Below, in pieces: positions 36,692 through 45,419 of a DNA stretch of 64,000 bases. Each line of letters starts with the position of its first letter. Within the stretch, counting starts at the first letter, position 1. The stretch is taken from contig CAXXDU010000002.1 in assembly GCA_963667535.2 (NCBI GenBank), positions 655,243 through 719,242 of the forward strand, read 5' to 3'. The notes beneath the pieces were generated by a model, which saw only the letters and a program-made list of their open reading frames with translations, was not told where the DNA came from and did no database searches. This DNA is from Candidatus Cloacimonadaceae bacterium. Its GTDB lineage: Bacteria > Cloacimonadota > Cloacimonadia > Cloacimonadales > Cloacimonadaceae. The translations under genes were made by a program, and so were the position numbers.

Positions 36692-38524
36692 TTACTTCAT
36701 CAGCAGCATTTTCCTGGTGATATTGATGTTCTTGCCCTGCATTTGGTACAGATAGATACCGGGGCTGACGTTCTTATCATGCTTATCTTTCCCGTTCCAG
36801 GTTGCATTATAGTGTCCGGCTGCTTTCATTTCATTGACGAGTGTTTTAACCAATTGTCCTTTCAGGTTATAGATATTGATGGTTACAGGCTGGTTTTCTT
36901 TAACGTCGTAAGCAATACTGGTTTCCCGATGGAACGGATTGGGATAGTTATTGAGCAGTTCTGAGCTGATGGCAGGAACTTCGGTTGGATTACTGACGCC
37001 ATCGATAAAATGGAAAGTGGTCTTGGGCATAGACTGATAAGCATGGTCCAGTGCAGGTGGCGAAGCGGGGTTAATGTCGTCGGTACTTCTGCCTGCTAAC
37101 AAAGAGCTATTATAGTCTGCCGAAGTCAATCCAAAGAATAAATTATTAGGACTATGTCCTGTATCAGACCCAGGCTTATACACCATTACGACTAAGTTTT
37201 GTCCTGAATAAGTAAACGGTGTGTCTAATGGTATGCAAATTACATGCTCTCCTGCCAGATAATTTACCGTACCATCAAAGACCTGAGTAAGCTGAGTGGA
37301 TGGTATCCAGGTAACAGGTAAACTATCCAGAACTGTGGTTCCCATCCAAATCCGGGTAGGCACATCAAAGACATTACCCCAGAAATGATTATAATATGAA
37401 ATGGCATTAATAGTGCCCAAATGATTAATTGCTGAAGCACGATACAGGATTTCTCCAAGACTTGAATATTCAAACACTATTGAGGGCTCTACGGTCAATT
37501 GCGTTGAATCAGCGAGAGTAACGGGTGTAGTCGAGGCAGGAAATACTGCCACGCTAATACTGTCTGTCACGTTATTTCCGGGGACTTCATCATTCAAACC
37601 AATAACTTCAGCGCGTAAAAGATGGGTACCGATAGTCGCAGGAGTCCAGGATAAAGAAGCGGTTGCATAGCCATCATTGGCAGCGATAGGAGGTCCTGTC
37701 GTCGTGGCAAGGACATTTGTGCCTTCCATCAGGTTAATTGTGTAATTATCGTCCGGAGCTGTGCCATGATTGTTTACTGTCACAGTTAATGTGCCGGCTT
37801 CATTCTGAACCAGAGATGGCGGACAGTTTATGGACTCTCCAATCAAATCATGAGCAGGTAACTGTGCCGGTAAAAACGAGAAAATCGTGTTTTCCCCCGG
37901 GTAGGTGCTATTACTATTGTAATTGTCAGTGCTGGATACAGTTAATGTGGGCAGCAATCTTACACTCAAATAATTTCCAACGCCTCCGGGCTCCATGTTT
38001 ATCCCGATACTGGCTCCTCTACCGCTGGAATCATCTCCGCCACCCGGTCCGTAACAAAAGTCTATCTGTCCTGATTCATATAATTTTACCTGAAAATCGT
38101 ATGCACTGGTCAAATAAGGATAGATACACCAGTTCATATCTGTGAATTGGACAGTAAATACCCGATTAGGCGCACTACCTGAAAGCACATACATACATTG
38201 AGTTGTAAACCGCCAATTATCCCATAACGGTGCTAGTATAGGATGATATACGTTGAAATTAAGATTATTACTGGAAAGATGATTTAACGCAAGATTGAAA
38301 TAAACGTAGCCGTAATAGCTTATCCTGAGCTGCGTATAGATATTTTCTCCATAATGAAATGGAAAGCCGATATCCACAGGATTGTTGATGGTGTCTACAA
38401 CTGTTCCGTTTATCGGAATATATGTTTGTATGCGGGATTGAAAAGTGTAATATTGATTGATATCAGCCGACAACGTCCCACATAACATAATCAAAAACAT
38501 AAGAAAAAGCAGCAATGCTTTCAT
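36692..38524 (-). CDS. Secreted protein with CARDB-like domain and T9SS sorting domain
   Basis: Signal peptide MKALLLFLMFLIMLCGTLSA after GGAGG. CARDB-like GTLTVTVNNHGTAPDDNYTINLMEG. C-terminus YPNPFHRETSIAYDV...INIYNLKGQLVKTL...PGIYLYQM. Confidence 0.8.
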   Translation of the reverse strand: MKALLLFLMFLIMLCGTLSADINQYYTFQSRIQTYIPINGTVVDTINNPVDIGFPFHYGENIYTQLRISYYGYVYFNLALNHLSSNNLNFNVYHPILAPLWDNWRFTTQCMYVLSGSAPNRVFTVQFTDMNWCIYPYLTSAYDFQVKLYESGQIDFCYGPGGGDDSSGRGASIGINMEPGGVGNYLSVRLLPTLTVSSTDNYNSNSTYPGENTIFSFLPAQLPAHDLIGESINCPPSLVQNEAGTLTVTVNNHGTAPDDNYTINLMEGTNVLATTTGPPIAANDGYATASLSWTPATIGTHLLRAEVIGLNDEVPGNNVTDSISVAVFPASTTPVTLADSTQLTVEPSIVFEYSSLGEILYRASAINHLGTINAISYYNHFWGNVFDVPTRIWMGTTVLDSLPVTWIPSTQLTQVFDGTVNYLAGEHVICIPLDTPFTYSGQNLVVMVYKPGSDTGHSPNNLFFGLTSADYNSSLLAGRSTDDINPASPPALDHAYQSMPKTTFHFIDGVSNPTEVPAISSELLNNYPNPFHRETSIAYDVKENQPVTINIYNLKGQLVKTLVNEMKAAGHYNATWNGKDKHDKNVSPGIYLYQMQGKNINITRKMLLMK

Positions 38525-38650
38525 GTGTCCTCCACTATTATAATCCTTCATTTACATTTGAGTTGGATACATATATTCGGAAGATAATACCAGGATAAAT
38601 CAAGATAAATCAAAATATACTGATTATAGATATTCTGTCAAAGTCTTTTT

Positions 38651-38870
38651 GTAGGGACATGCCTTGTGCGTGTCCTTGGTAATAAACTGAAAATGAAAAG
38701 AACCAGGTACAAGTCAGGGATTTAAACAGCATGGATCCCTGCCTGCGCAGGGACGACACCGTTCTACTGTTCCACCGTTTCACCGTTCCACCATTCCACT
38801 GTTCCTCCATTCCACTGTTCCTCCATTCCACCATTCCACTTTTTCGGACAAGCGCAAGGCATGTCCCTAC
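38651..38870. mobile_element. MITE-like 220-bp element with 25-bp terminal inverted repeats
   Basis: GTAGGGACATGCCTTGTGCGTGTCC at 38651-38675 versus GGACAAGCGCAAGGCATGTCCCTAC at 38846-38870 (2 mismatches). The interior carries hairpin 38736-38753 and a ~9 x 8-nt array TCCACYRT at 38762-38840. Confidence 0.6.
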
Positions 38871-38947
38871 AGTTATTGCAAAATATCTTGACTCTTAACG
38901 CCAAAGAATTACATAGTAAATTTAATAATACTGATTGTGAGGACGTA

Positions 38948-39424
38948 ATGAAACCGGTTTTAGTAATGATTCTGTTCCTGATATTGACAACTTTATTAAA
39001 CGCTATTACCTACTCGACTGATGATTGCATTGATTTGGTGATGATGTATGGTCATGCTCAGGACATTCAAGGTGTGCCTTGTTTTGTCTCTCAATATTAT
39101 GACGAATGGGATCTTCCATCCAAAGATTTTGCCATCACATATCTGGCAGATACAGGCTCTGTATTTGCGATAGTCCAGAATAATCTGGATACTTATAAAA
39201 GCACTGATAAAACCGAGGAAATGAAGCTGGTGGAAATCGTGGCTTGCCCCTATTTGGAAAATGATAGAGAATATATGGCTGCGATTGATCTGGACTATAT
39301 CAAGTATGAATTTGGCAGGAGTCAATTAGCGAACCTGACCCAGGACGAGCAGATTGAGTTTTGTGAACGCATTGTCAGAGCACATTGTGTGATACAGGAT
39401 ATTACAATTGACTTAGACGAGTAA
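38948..39424 (+). CDS. Small secreted protein, paralogue of 34644-35117
   Basis: Signal peptide MKPVLVMILFLILTTLLNA after GAGGA. Track start 38861 lies inside the MITE-like element and is rejected. Confidence 0.55.
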   Translation: MKPVLVMILFLILTTLLNAITYSTDDCIDLVMMYGHAQDIQGVPCFVSQYYDEWDLPSKDFAITYLADTGSVFAIVQNNLDTYKSTDKTEEMKLVEIVACPYLENDREYMAAIDLDYIKYEFGRSQLANLTQDEQIEFCERIVRAHCVIQDITIDLDE

Positions 39425-39430
39425 AAGGCT

Positions 39431-39618
39431 AACCACGAAATACACGAAGTACACGAAAAGGTATTCTTTTACCACAAAGACTCAAAGACACAAAGGATTT
39501 TTTAACCACAGAATTAACAGAATACACAGAAAAAGAAAGTTTTAATACAGAGAAGCAGAGCTGGAGAGAATCAGTGTTGCAGAGGAAAGAGTATGTAGTA
39601 CCGCATTCATGCGGTTTT
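39431..39618. repeat. Modular short-period repeat block ending in a REP-like hairpin
   Basis: CACGAA module 39431-39460, CACAAAG module 39471-39496, ACAGAA module about 39504-39538, CAGAG module about 39547-39590, then ATGTAGTACCGCATTCATGCGGTTTT at 39593-39618. Confidence 0.75.
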
Positions 39619-39758
39619 ATTGCTATAGACATCTTTCTACTCCATCGTATCATGGAAAATACTCTCTGTGTCTCTAAAAATCAATTAAAACAGCATGGAT
39701 TCCTGCCGGAGTTTATCCTGATGTATAGAAGGGCAGGAATGACAAAAAGGAGCAAAAA

Positions 39759-40337
39759 GTGAGTGTAAAAGAAGAAGACAGTAAAAGACTCAACGAGCTT
39801 TACCATGAGCTTTTGGCAAAGAAAGATGAGTATTACCAGCTTGTAAAACAAGTTTACCGCTTTCCTATGCAGGACTATTGTGTTAAATCCAGAACAGGTA
39901 ATCCCATCAGATTATCTGACCTCTTTGGCAAACACGATGAGCTGATTCTGGTGCACAACATGGGTAAATTCTGTCCCTGGTGTACACTCTGGGCAGATGG
40001 ATTTAACGGGATTATCCACCATCTGGAAGAAAGAGCTGCTTTTGTTGTATCCACCCCTGATGAGCCGGATGTGATGAGGAAGTTTGCCAGAAGCAGAAGA
40101 TGGGCTTTTAATATGGTTTCCACACTGGGAACCACTCTCAAGAAAGACCTGGGTTTTGAAGATGAAAACGGTAACTATCATCCCGGTGTATCCATTATTA
40201 AGAAAATGGAAGACGGTACCCTGATGCATATCTCCAAAACTCCTTTCGGACCAGGTGATGATTTCTGTTCATTATGGTATTTCTTTGATATGCTGGATAA
40301 AGCCAATCCCGATTGGAATCCGCAGATAAATTACTGA
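39759..40337 (+). CDS. DUF899-like thioredoxin-fold protein
   Basis: LSDLFGKHDELILVHNMGKFCPWCTLWADGFNGIIHHLEERAAFVVSTPD resembles the DUF899 core. GTG start. Confidence 0.55.
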   Translation: MSVKEEDSKRLNELYHELLAKKDEYYQLVKQVYRFPMQDYCVKSRTGNPIRLSDLFGKHDELILVHNMGKFCPWCTLWADGFNGIIHHLEERAAFVVSTPDEPDVMRKFARSRRWAFNMVSTLGTTLKKDLGFEDENGNYHPGVSIIKKMEDGTLMHISKTPFGPGDDFCSLWYFFDMLDKANPDWNPQINY

Positions 40338-40342
40338 TTTTT

Positions 40343-40471
40343 AACCACGAAAAACACGAAAAACACGAAAAAATATTTTAGTATGTAGTTCCGCTTTTAC
40401 GCGGTTTTGCTCTAATAGATATCGAGCTAGAGTCTAACCACAGAATAAACAGAAAGAACAGAAAGGGAAAG
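40343..40471. repeat. Modular repeat block (CACGAA module, REP-like hairpin, ACAGAA module)
   Basis: AACCACGAAAAACACGAAAAACACGAA at 40343-40369, ATGTAGTTCCGCTTTTACGCGGTTTT at 40383-40408, and AACCACAGAATAAACAGAAAGAACAGAAAGGGAAAG at 40436-40471. Confidence 0.8.
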
Positions 40472-40595
40472 ATACAATGCAGATGAAAACTCCTTATCAC
40501 CATATCACGCAAAGTAATTAATTCTTAATTTTTAATTCTTAATTTGGATGAGTCTATCCTTCGACAGGCTCAGGATGACGAGAGGAGTATAATGT

Positions 40596-41327
40596 ATGCA
40601 TATCAATGATGCTAAAATGTACAAAGAAATTATGCAGATTGCGATAGATTATCTGTCAGCAAGGGTAAATGCTGAGAATGTTATGAAGTATTCCCGCTAT
40701 TTCAAGGAAGGTTATGATGCCTGGGGAAGCGGTATAAACGACACTCAGGATGTGGTGAAACTTATTCAGAATAAATATCCTGAGCTTACCATGGCACAGA
40801 TTATTGAGCTGGGTTCATTGCTCTTTAAGCATGGTAAATATGAAATGGGCAGCGTGGCTTTGGTTCTGATATCTAATCGTGAGAAGGACTTTGATAAGGT
40901 TGTATTCTCTGGTTTAAAGAGTTGGTTTGACCATGGTGTTGGCAATTGGGGACATAGCGATTATCTCTGTTCAAAGGTTACTCCGCCCTTCATTCTGAAG
41001 CACATTATAGATTATCATGAGATGCAGGATTGGATTATCTCGGAAAGCCGCTGGACACGCAGAGCTGTGCCTGTTACTCTACTCTGTTTGCGCAAAACCG
41101 AAAAGCCGGAAAACCTGCTTGCCTTCATAGAACCGCTGATGTCGGATAAAGAAAGAGTTGTACATCAGGGAGTGGGCTGGTTCTTACGTGAACTCTGGAA
41201 AATTCAACCTGTTCCTGTGGAAGATTTACTTTACAAATACCGCAATACCGCTGCCAGATTGATAATCCAATATGCCACAGAGAAGATGAGCAAAGAGCAA
41301 AAAGAACGTTACCGCAAAGAGAAGTAA
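40596..41327 (+). CDS. DNA alkylation repair (AlkC/AlkD-like HEAT-repeat) protein
   Basis: KYSRYFKEGYDAWG, WFDHGVGNWGHSDYLC, ESRWTRRAVPVTLL and HQGVGWFLRELWK fit the DNA_alkylation family pattern. Confidence 0.65.
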   Translation: MHINDAKMYKEIMQIAIDYLSARVNAENVMKYSRYFKEGYDAWGSGINDTQDVVKLIQNKYPELTMAQIIELGSLLFKHGKYEMGSVALVLISNREKDFDKVVFSGLKSWFDHGVGNWGHSDYLCSKVTPPFILKHIIDYHEMQDWIISESRWTRRAVPVTLLCLRKTEKPENLLAFIEPLMSDKERVVHQGVGWFLRELWKIQPVPVEDLLYKYRNTAARLIIQYATEKMSKEQKERYRKEK

Positions 41328-41329
41328 TC

Positions 41330-41494
41330 AACCACGAAAAACACAAAATACACGAAAAATATTTTTGTATGTAGTTCCGCATTCATGCGGTTTTGTTATA
41401 ATAGATATCGAGTTAGATTCTAACCACAGAATTAACAGAAAGAACAGAAAGGGAAAGATTTTTAATGCAGAGACGGAGAGAAGCAGAGGAAAAC
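41330..41494. repeat. Modular repeat block (CACGAA, REP-like hairpin, ACAGAA and CAGAG modules)
   Basis: CACGAA module 41330-41359, ATGTAGTTCCGCATTCATGCGGTTTT at 41369-41394, ACAGAA module 41422-41457, CAGAG module 41465-41494. Confidence 0.8.
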
Positions 41495-41624
41495 TCCCAA
41501 TCACCCAACCACATAATCACTTAATCATTATTCCAATCTTATCAGACTTGGTTTTAAGAGTATTCTCTTTAAGTTATCATTAAAGACATTAGTTCAAAAT
41601 TGATGTCAGAAAAGGGAGTTCATT

Positions 41625-41813
41625 ATGAAATGCAACGTCGGCAAGACAGACAAAATCATTCGAATCGTATTAGCAATTATGGGCTTTGGTATTGGATTAG
41701 CAATTCCATCATGGTGGGCACTTTTCGGTTTAATCCCGTTAATAACTGGACTGACAGGTTTTTGTCCACTATATACTTTAATTGGCATAAGCACTTGTAA
41801 AATTGAGAAATAG
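41625..41813 (+). CDS. DUF2892 (YgaP-like) small membrane protein
   Basis: 62 aa. NVGKTDKIIRIVLAI...GLTGFCPLYTLIGISTC is the typical DUF2892 pattern. RBS AAGGGAG. Chosen over three overlapping track ORFs. Confidence 0.7.
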   Translation: MKCNVGKTDKIIRIVLAIMGFGIGLAIPSWWALFGLIPLITGLTGFCPLYTLIGISTCKIEK

Positions 41814-41860
41814 GTGCTAAGGATATACCAAATACCCGGAATAATGAATATGGAGGAACC

Positions 41861-42226
41861 ATGAGATTAGCTTTGATAATATTGGGACTAATAGGATTAT
41901 TGCTGATGGGATGTGCAACGCATGCAGTTCTGCCATTTTATAATACACCACAGTGGAATAGCTTTTACACAGGTGGAGATGGCAATACTACAGAACAAGC
42001 CGTTGTTATCAATACTAATGATGACAAGAAAATAATTGAAGCCGAAAACCACTATCTGGATAACATGTTGACTTCCAAAGGCAAAACATACAAAATCAAT
42101 ACCCGCACAGCTTATGGTGTAAACGGTAAAGCATATGATAAACTGGAAGTGGTCATTGATAACAGTACAGCCAGAGAATACCACTTTGATATATCCAAGC
42201 CATACGGGCAAGCTATGCAGCCTTGA
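41861..42226 (+). CDS. Hypothetical lipoprotein
   Basis: Lipobox MRLALIILGLIGLLLMGC. Confidence 0.55.
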   Translation: MRLALIILGLIGLLLMGCATHAVLPFYNTPQWNSFYTGGDGNTTEQAVVINTNDDKKIIEAENHYLDNMLTSKGKTYKINTRTAYGVNGKAYDKLEVVIDNSTAREYHFDISKPYGQAMQP

Positions 42227-42349
42227 CTTTGAAAACCCGATAAATATTTGCAGATAAAATAAAACAATTTGAATATTAGTTTGATTCTCTTTCGGAATGG
42301 TTATTGCTATTTAAATATTTCCTATTCGATTCATATACGGAGGAAAGAA

Positions 42350-45181
42350 ATGGTCAAGCGAAGTATTATTTGGGTTTTAGTTTTGTTTTTCGTAACGGCG
42401 CTCTTTGCAGAAATCGGGACTGCAGAGACGATTTCCGACTTTACCAATTCCATCCAGTTTGGTGGTCGACAGGCTGTTTATGCTAATGGCGATACGATAC
42501 AACTGTGTTATGTAAAACATTTATCAATGTATCCGGTAACTGTCAATGGCGGACACACATATTTTGCTTCATCTTATGATGGGGGTCTGACTTTTCCAAT
42601 TAACAGGACAATTGGTGTTACACCGGATGGCGCACCTACTTTATGCAAAAGCGGACAGACCATCATTGTTACTTTTACCAGCGGTGGGTATTTATTTAGG
42701 GCAGTATCTAATGATAATGGGGTAACTTTTCATTATGAGCCCCCGTATCCTGAGCCGGAATTCCCCAATATTCCCGCCAGTGACAGATTACCCATAACGG
42801 ACATGCATGACGGTGAATTTCACAGCATATATGCCAACAAGGAATACACACCGGATTTTTATAAACTGGAAGAACCCTTTTCACAGTTTTACGGAAGGTT
42901 CACTGCTCATGACAAAACGAGCAATGACACACCTGCCTATTACTGGGGACCGGATGTAATTGAAGGCACTGTCAGAGTCAATGGTGATTTGTGGATTAAA
43001 CAATTGGGTGGAGGCACCAATAACGGCTGGCCCACGTTTAAGGGTCCAGTGTATGTTTCAGGTCAGATTCAATCATACAGCGGCACTCCGCCTTATTTGC
43101 AGGTATTCCGGGGAGATTATTTGGAACATGTTCCGGAAGTAGCGTTAAATCCGGAAATCACGCCAGCTAATATAACAACAATCGGACCGGCTGATAATGA
43201 CCCCAACCGGATCATGATGGTAACCGTTAATGGAAATTCTTATACAACCATGATTGGACAAATATTAACCACCGGAGTAGATACATTGTGGGTTTATACA
43301 GATTATCCTACCACAAGCGGAACACCACTTTATGCAAACGTTGTGCCGCATGTGGATACACTTTGGACAGTAGGTCCGGCAGGTGTTTGCAGTAATAACA
43401 CCATGAAGGTGAATTCCACACTTTGGATAAAGGGTAATTTCAGTGGTAAACAGGTATGGTATTCATCGGATAATGTATATCTGATTGATGATATCACGTT
43501 AAGCGGTACACCGGTGGGAGATTGTCCTGACGGCACTGTTTCCGTAAGCAGTTATAATGCCTTTGATAAAGTGGCTATTGTCTCCGGCAAAAACATCATC
43601 ATCAAATATGGTTACAAAGACCCGGTTACGAATATCAGAATGAAACCAAACTGCAATGATATCTGGATTTATGCCAGCCTTTATGCATTGGGAGAAGGTA
43701 ATGGAAATGTTCATGAAGATGGAGTCTTCACTTTTGAGTATCAGCATCCGCATCCCTCTGTTCCCGCTGTGACAATGGCTGATTCGCTCTTTGATAATAT
43801 CGATATGCATAGAAGACCTTTCCCTCAAACCGGTATAAGTCCCTGGCCCGGCAATATTGACTATCCCTATTACAATCCACTCTGGCCGGAAGGAAATCCA
43901 ACCATGGAGCGTGGTACAGTGCACGTTTGGGGCTCCATTACCCAGCGCAGACGCGGATTTATGCACAGAGGTTTAGCTGATGCAGATTACCCCAATCCAG
44001 TCGGTTCATGGAATCCTGCCATTGATTATTGTGGAGGTCCTGCCGGAAATGCTTACGCCGACCCTGTCTTGAATACCGTTTTTACTCCGGTAAACGCTGC
44101 CGGTGCTACCGGAGCAGGCGTAGGCTATAATAAGGATATCCACTTCGATTCCAGAATCAGAAGCGAAACCTTCGGTTTTAACCCCTGGAATTTTGGATTA
44201 ACGGTCGCCTATATCACAGAAACCGGAACCTGGCAGACGGAAACTGTAAAGTATGATAACATCGATATGGTAACCAAAGCTTATAACCGCAAAAATGCCC
44301 ATACCCTCTTCTCCGTTAATGACAGATTGTATCAGTATCAGAATAACGTGATTTCTGATTTCCCAATCCTGAATGAGCCTAAAGGCAATATCGTTCAGCT
44401 CAATCATCTGGATACAGAACATGCTTTGATTCAGATGCACGATAAAGACATAAATTTCTATAATTATTTAACAGCAACTCCGGATTCTATTCACGTGTTT
44501 TGCTTAGATTTGGATAATGGAGTGGCAGCTCCGGTTCTGGATAGCTATGTGCCTACGGAAATGAATGATATTGCTGTTTTGAATAATGGCTTAAAGATAT
44601 ATGCCCAAACCAATGACCTTGATGAAGTGGTCTTCTATTCAATCAATAGCAACAACCAAATGAGCCAGTTGTATACCTGGAATCCCAATCAACCTGCTCT
44701 GAATGGGGCAACTTACAATTTTTCCAGAGCAAGGCTGCATATCGTTCCTTCGGGGATTGATTCCTTTTATGTGTTTATCTGGGTGCCCTTTAATGTACTC
44801 AATAATCCCCTGCTCCCTATTTTAACTAATGGCACCATGTATATGGCGCGGGGTTCTTTAGCCAATACCGGCATTGACGATGATCAGTTGGTATCCATCC
44901 CTGAGCTGATACCATCAGTTTTCATTAGCCCCAATCCGTTCAGAAGCCTTACAACCCTTGCTGTAAATCTGCCCAAAAACAGTAATCTGGATATGAAAAT
45001 CTATAACATCAAAGGTGAACTGATTAAATCCTTCAAAAATGAATATAAGAACCTGGGAACGCATAAGCTGACCTGGGATGGAAGAGACAATCAAGGCAAG
45101 GCTGTATCCTCCGGTATTTACTATTACCGTTGCGAAACAGACAATAATCATCTGACGGGGAAAATGGTGTTGCTCAAATAA
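42350..45181 (+). CDS. Large secreted protein of unknown function with T9SS sorting domain
   Basis: Start ATG 42350 after GGAGG with signal peptide MVKRSIIWVLVLFFVTALFA. C-terminus ISPNPFRSLTTLAVNL...MKIYNIKGELIKSF...SGIYYYRC. Confidence 0.75.
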   Translation: MVKRSIIWVLVLFFVTALFAEIGTAETISDFTNSIQFGGRQAVYANGDTIQLCYVKHLSMYPVTVNGGHTYFASSYDGGLTFPINRTIGVTPDGAPTLCKSGQTIIVTFTSGGYLFRAVSNDNGVTFHYEPPYPEPEFPNIPASDRLPITDMHDGEFHSIYANKEYTPDFYKLEEPFSQFYGRFTAHDKTSNDTPAYYWGPDVIEGTVRVNGDLWIKQLGGGTNNGWPTFKGPVYVSGQIQSYSGTPPYLQVFRGDYLEHVPEVALNPEITPANITTIGPADNDPNRIMMVTVNGNSYTTMIGQILTTGVDTLWVYTDYPTTSGTPLYANVVPHVDTLWTVGPAGVCSNNTMKVNSTLWIKGNFSGKQVWYSSDNVYLIDDITLSGTPVGDCPDGTVSVSSYNAFDKVAIVSGKNIIIKYGYKDPVTNIRMKPNCNDIWIYASLYALGEGNGNVHEDGVFTFEYQHPHPSVPAVTMADSLFDNIDMHRRPFPQTGISPWPGNIDYPYYNPLWPEGNPTMERGTVHVWGSITQRRRGFMHRGLADADYPNPVGSWNPAIDYCGGPAGNAYADPVLNTVFTPVNAAGATGAGVGYNKDIHFDSRIRSETFGFNPWNFGLTVAYITETGTWQTETVKYDNIDMVTKAYNRKNAHTLFSVNDRLYQYQNNVISDFPILNEPKGNIVQLNHLDTEHALIQMHDKDINFYNYLTATPDSIHVFCLDLDNGVAAPVLDSYVPTEMNDIAVLNNGLKIYAQTNDLDEVVFYSINSNNQMSQLYTWNPNQPALNGATYNFSRARLHIVPSGIDSFYVFIWVPFNVLNNPLLPILTNGTMYMARGSLANTGIDDDQLVSIPELIPSVFISPNPFRSLTTLAVNLPKNSNLDMKIYNIKGELIKSFKNEYKNLGTHKLTWDGRDNQGKAVSSGIYYYRCETDNNHLTGKMVLLK

Positions 45182-45210
45182 GCATATTATTCCCGGACTT
45201 ATAATTAATA

Positions 45211-45246
45211 AATCCCTCCCGGCTTCACTGGGAGGGATTTTTATTA
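45211..45246 (+). terminator. Rho-independent terminator
   Basis: AATCCCTCCC-GGCTTCACT-GGGAGGGATT followed by TTTTATT. Confidence 0.85.
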
Positions 45247-45419
45247 TGTGCCGTGTATTTTCTCACTTGCTTTTTACTTACGCATGGTTAAAATATATAT
45301 AATTGGGATATAGAACATATCCGCCGCTTACTTAAACATTTTAAACGTTCAAGCCAACGACGAATATTACGTACAGCAATTGGCCACTTCCTATGTAACA
45401 GGATTAGCAAAAGGTTGTT

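Noticed and set aside
41600-41862. Three other overlapping 61-66-aa ORFs at the DUF2892 locus
   Set aside because: Only frame 41625-41813 has an RBS (AAGGGAG) and the DUF2892-like GFCPLY pattern.
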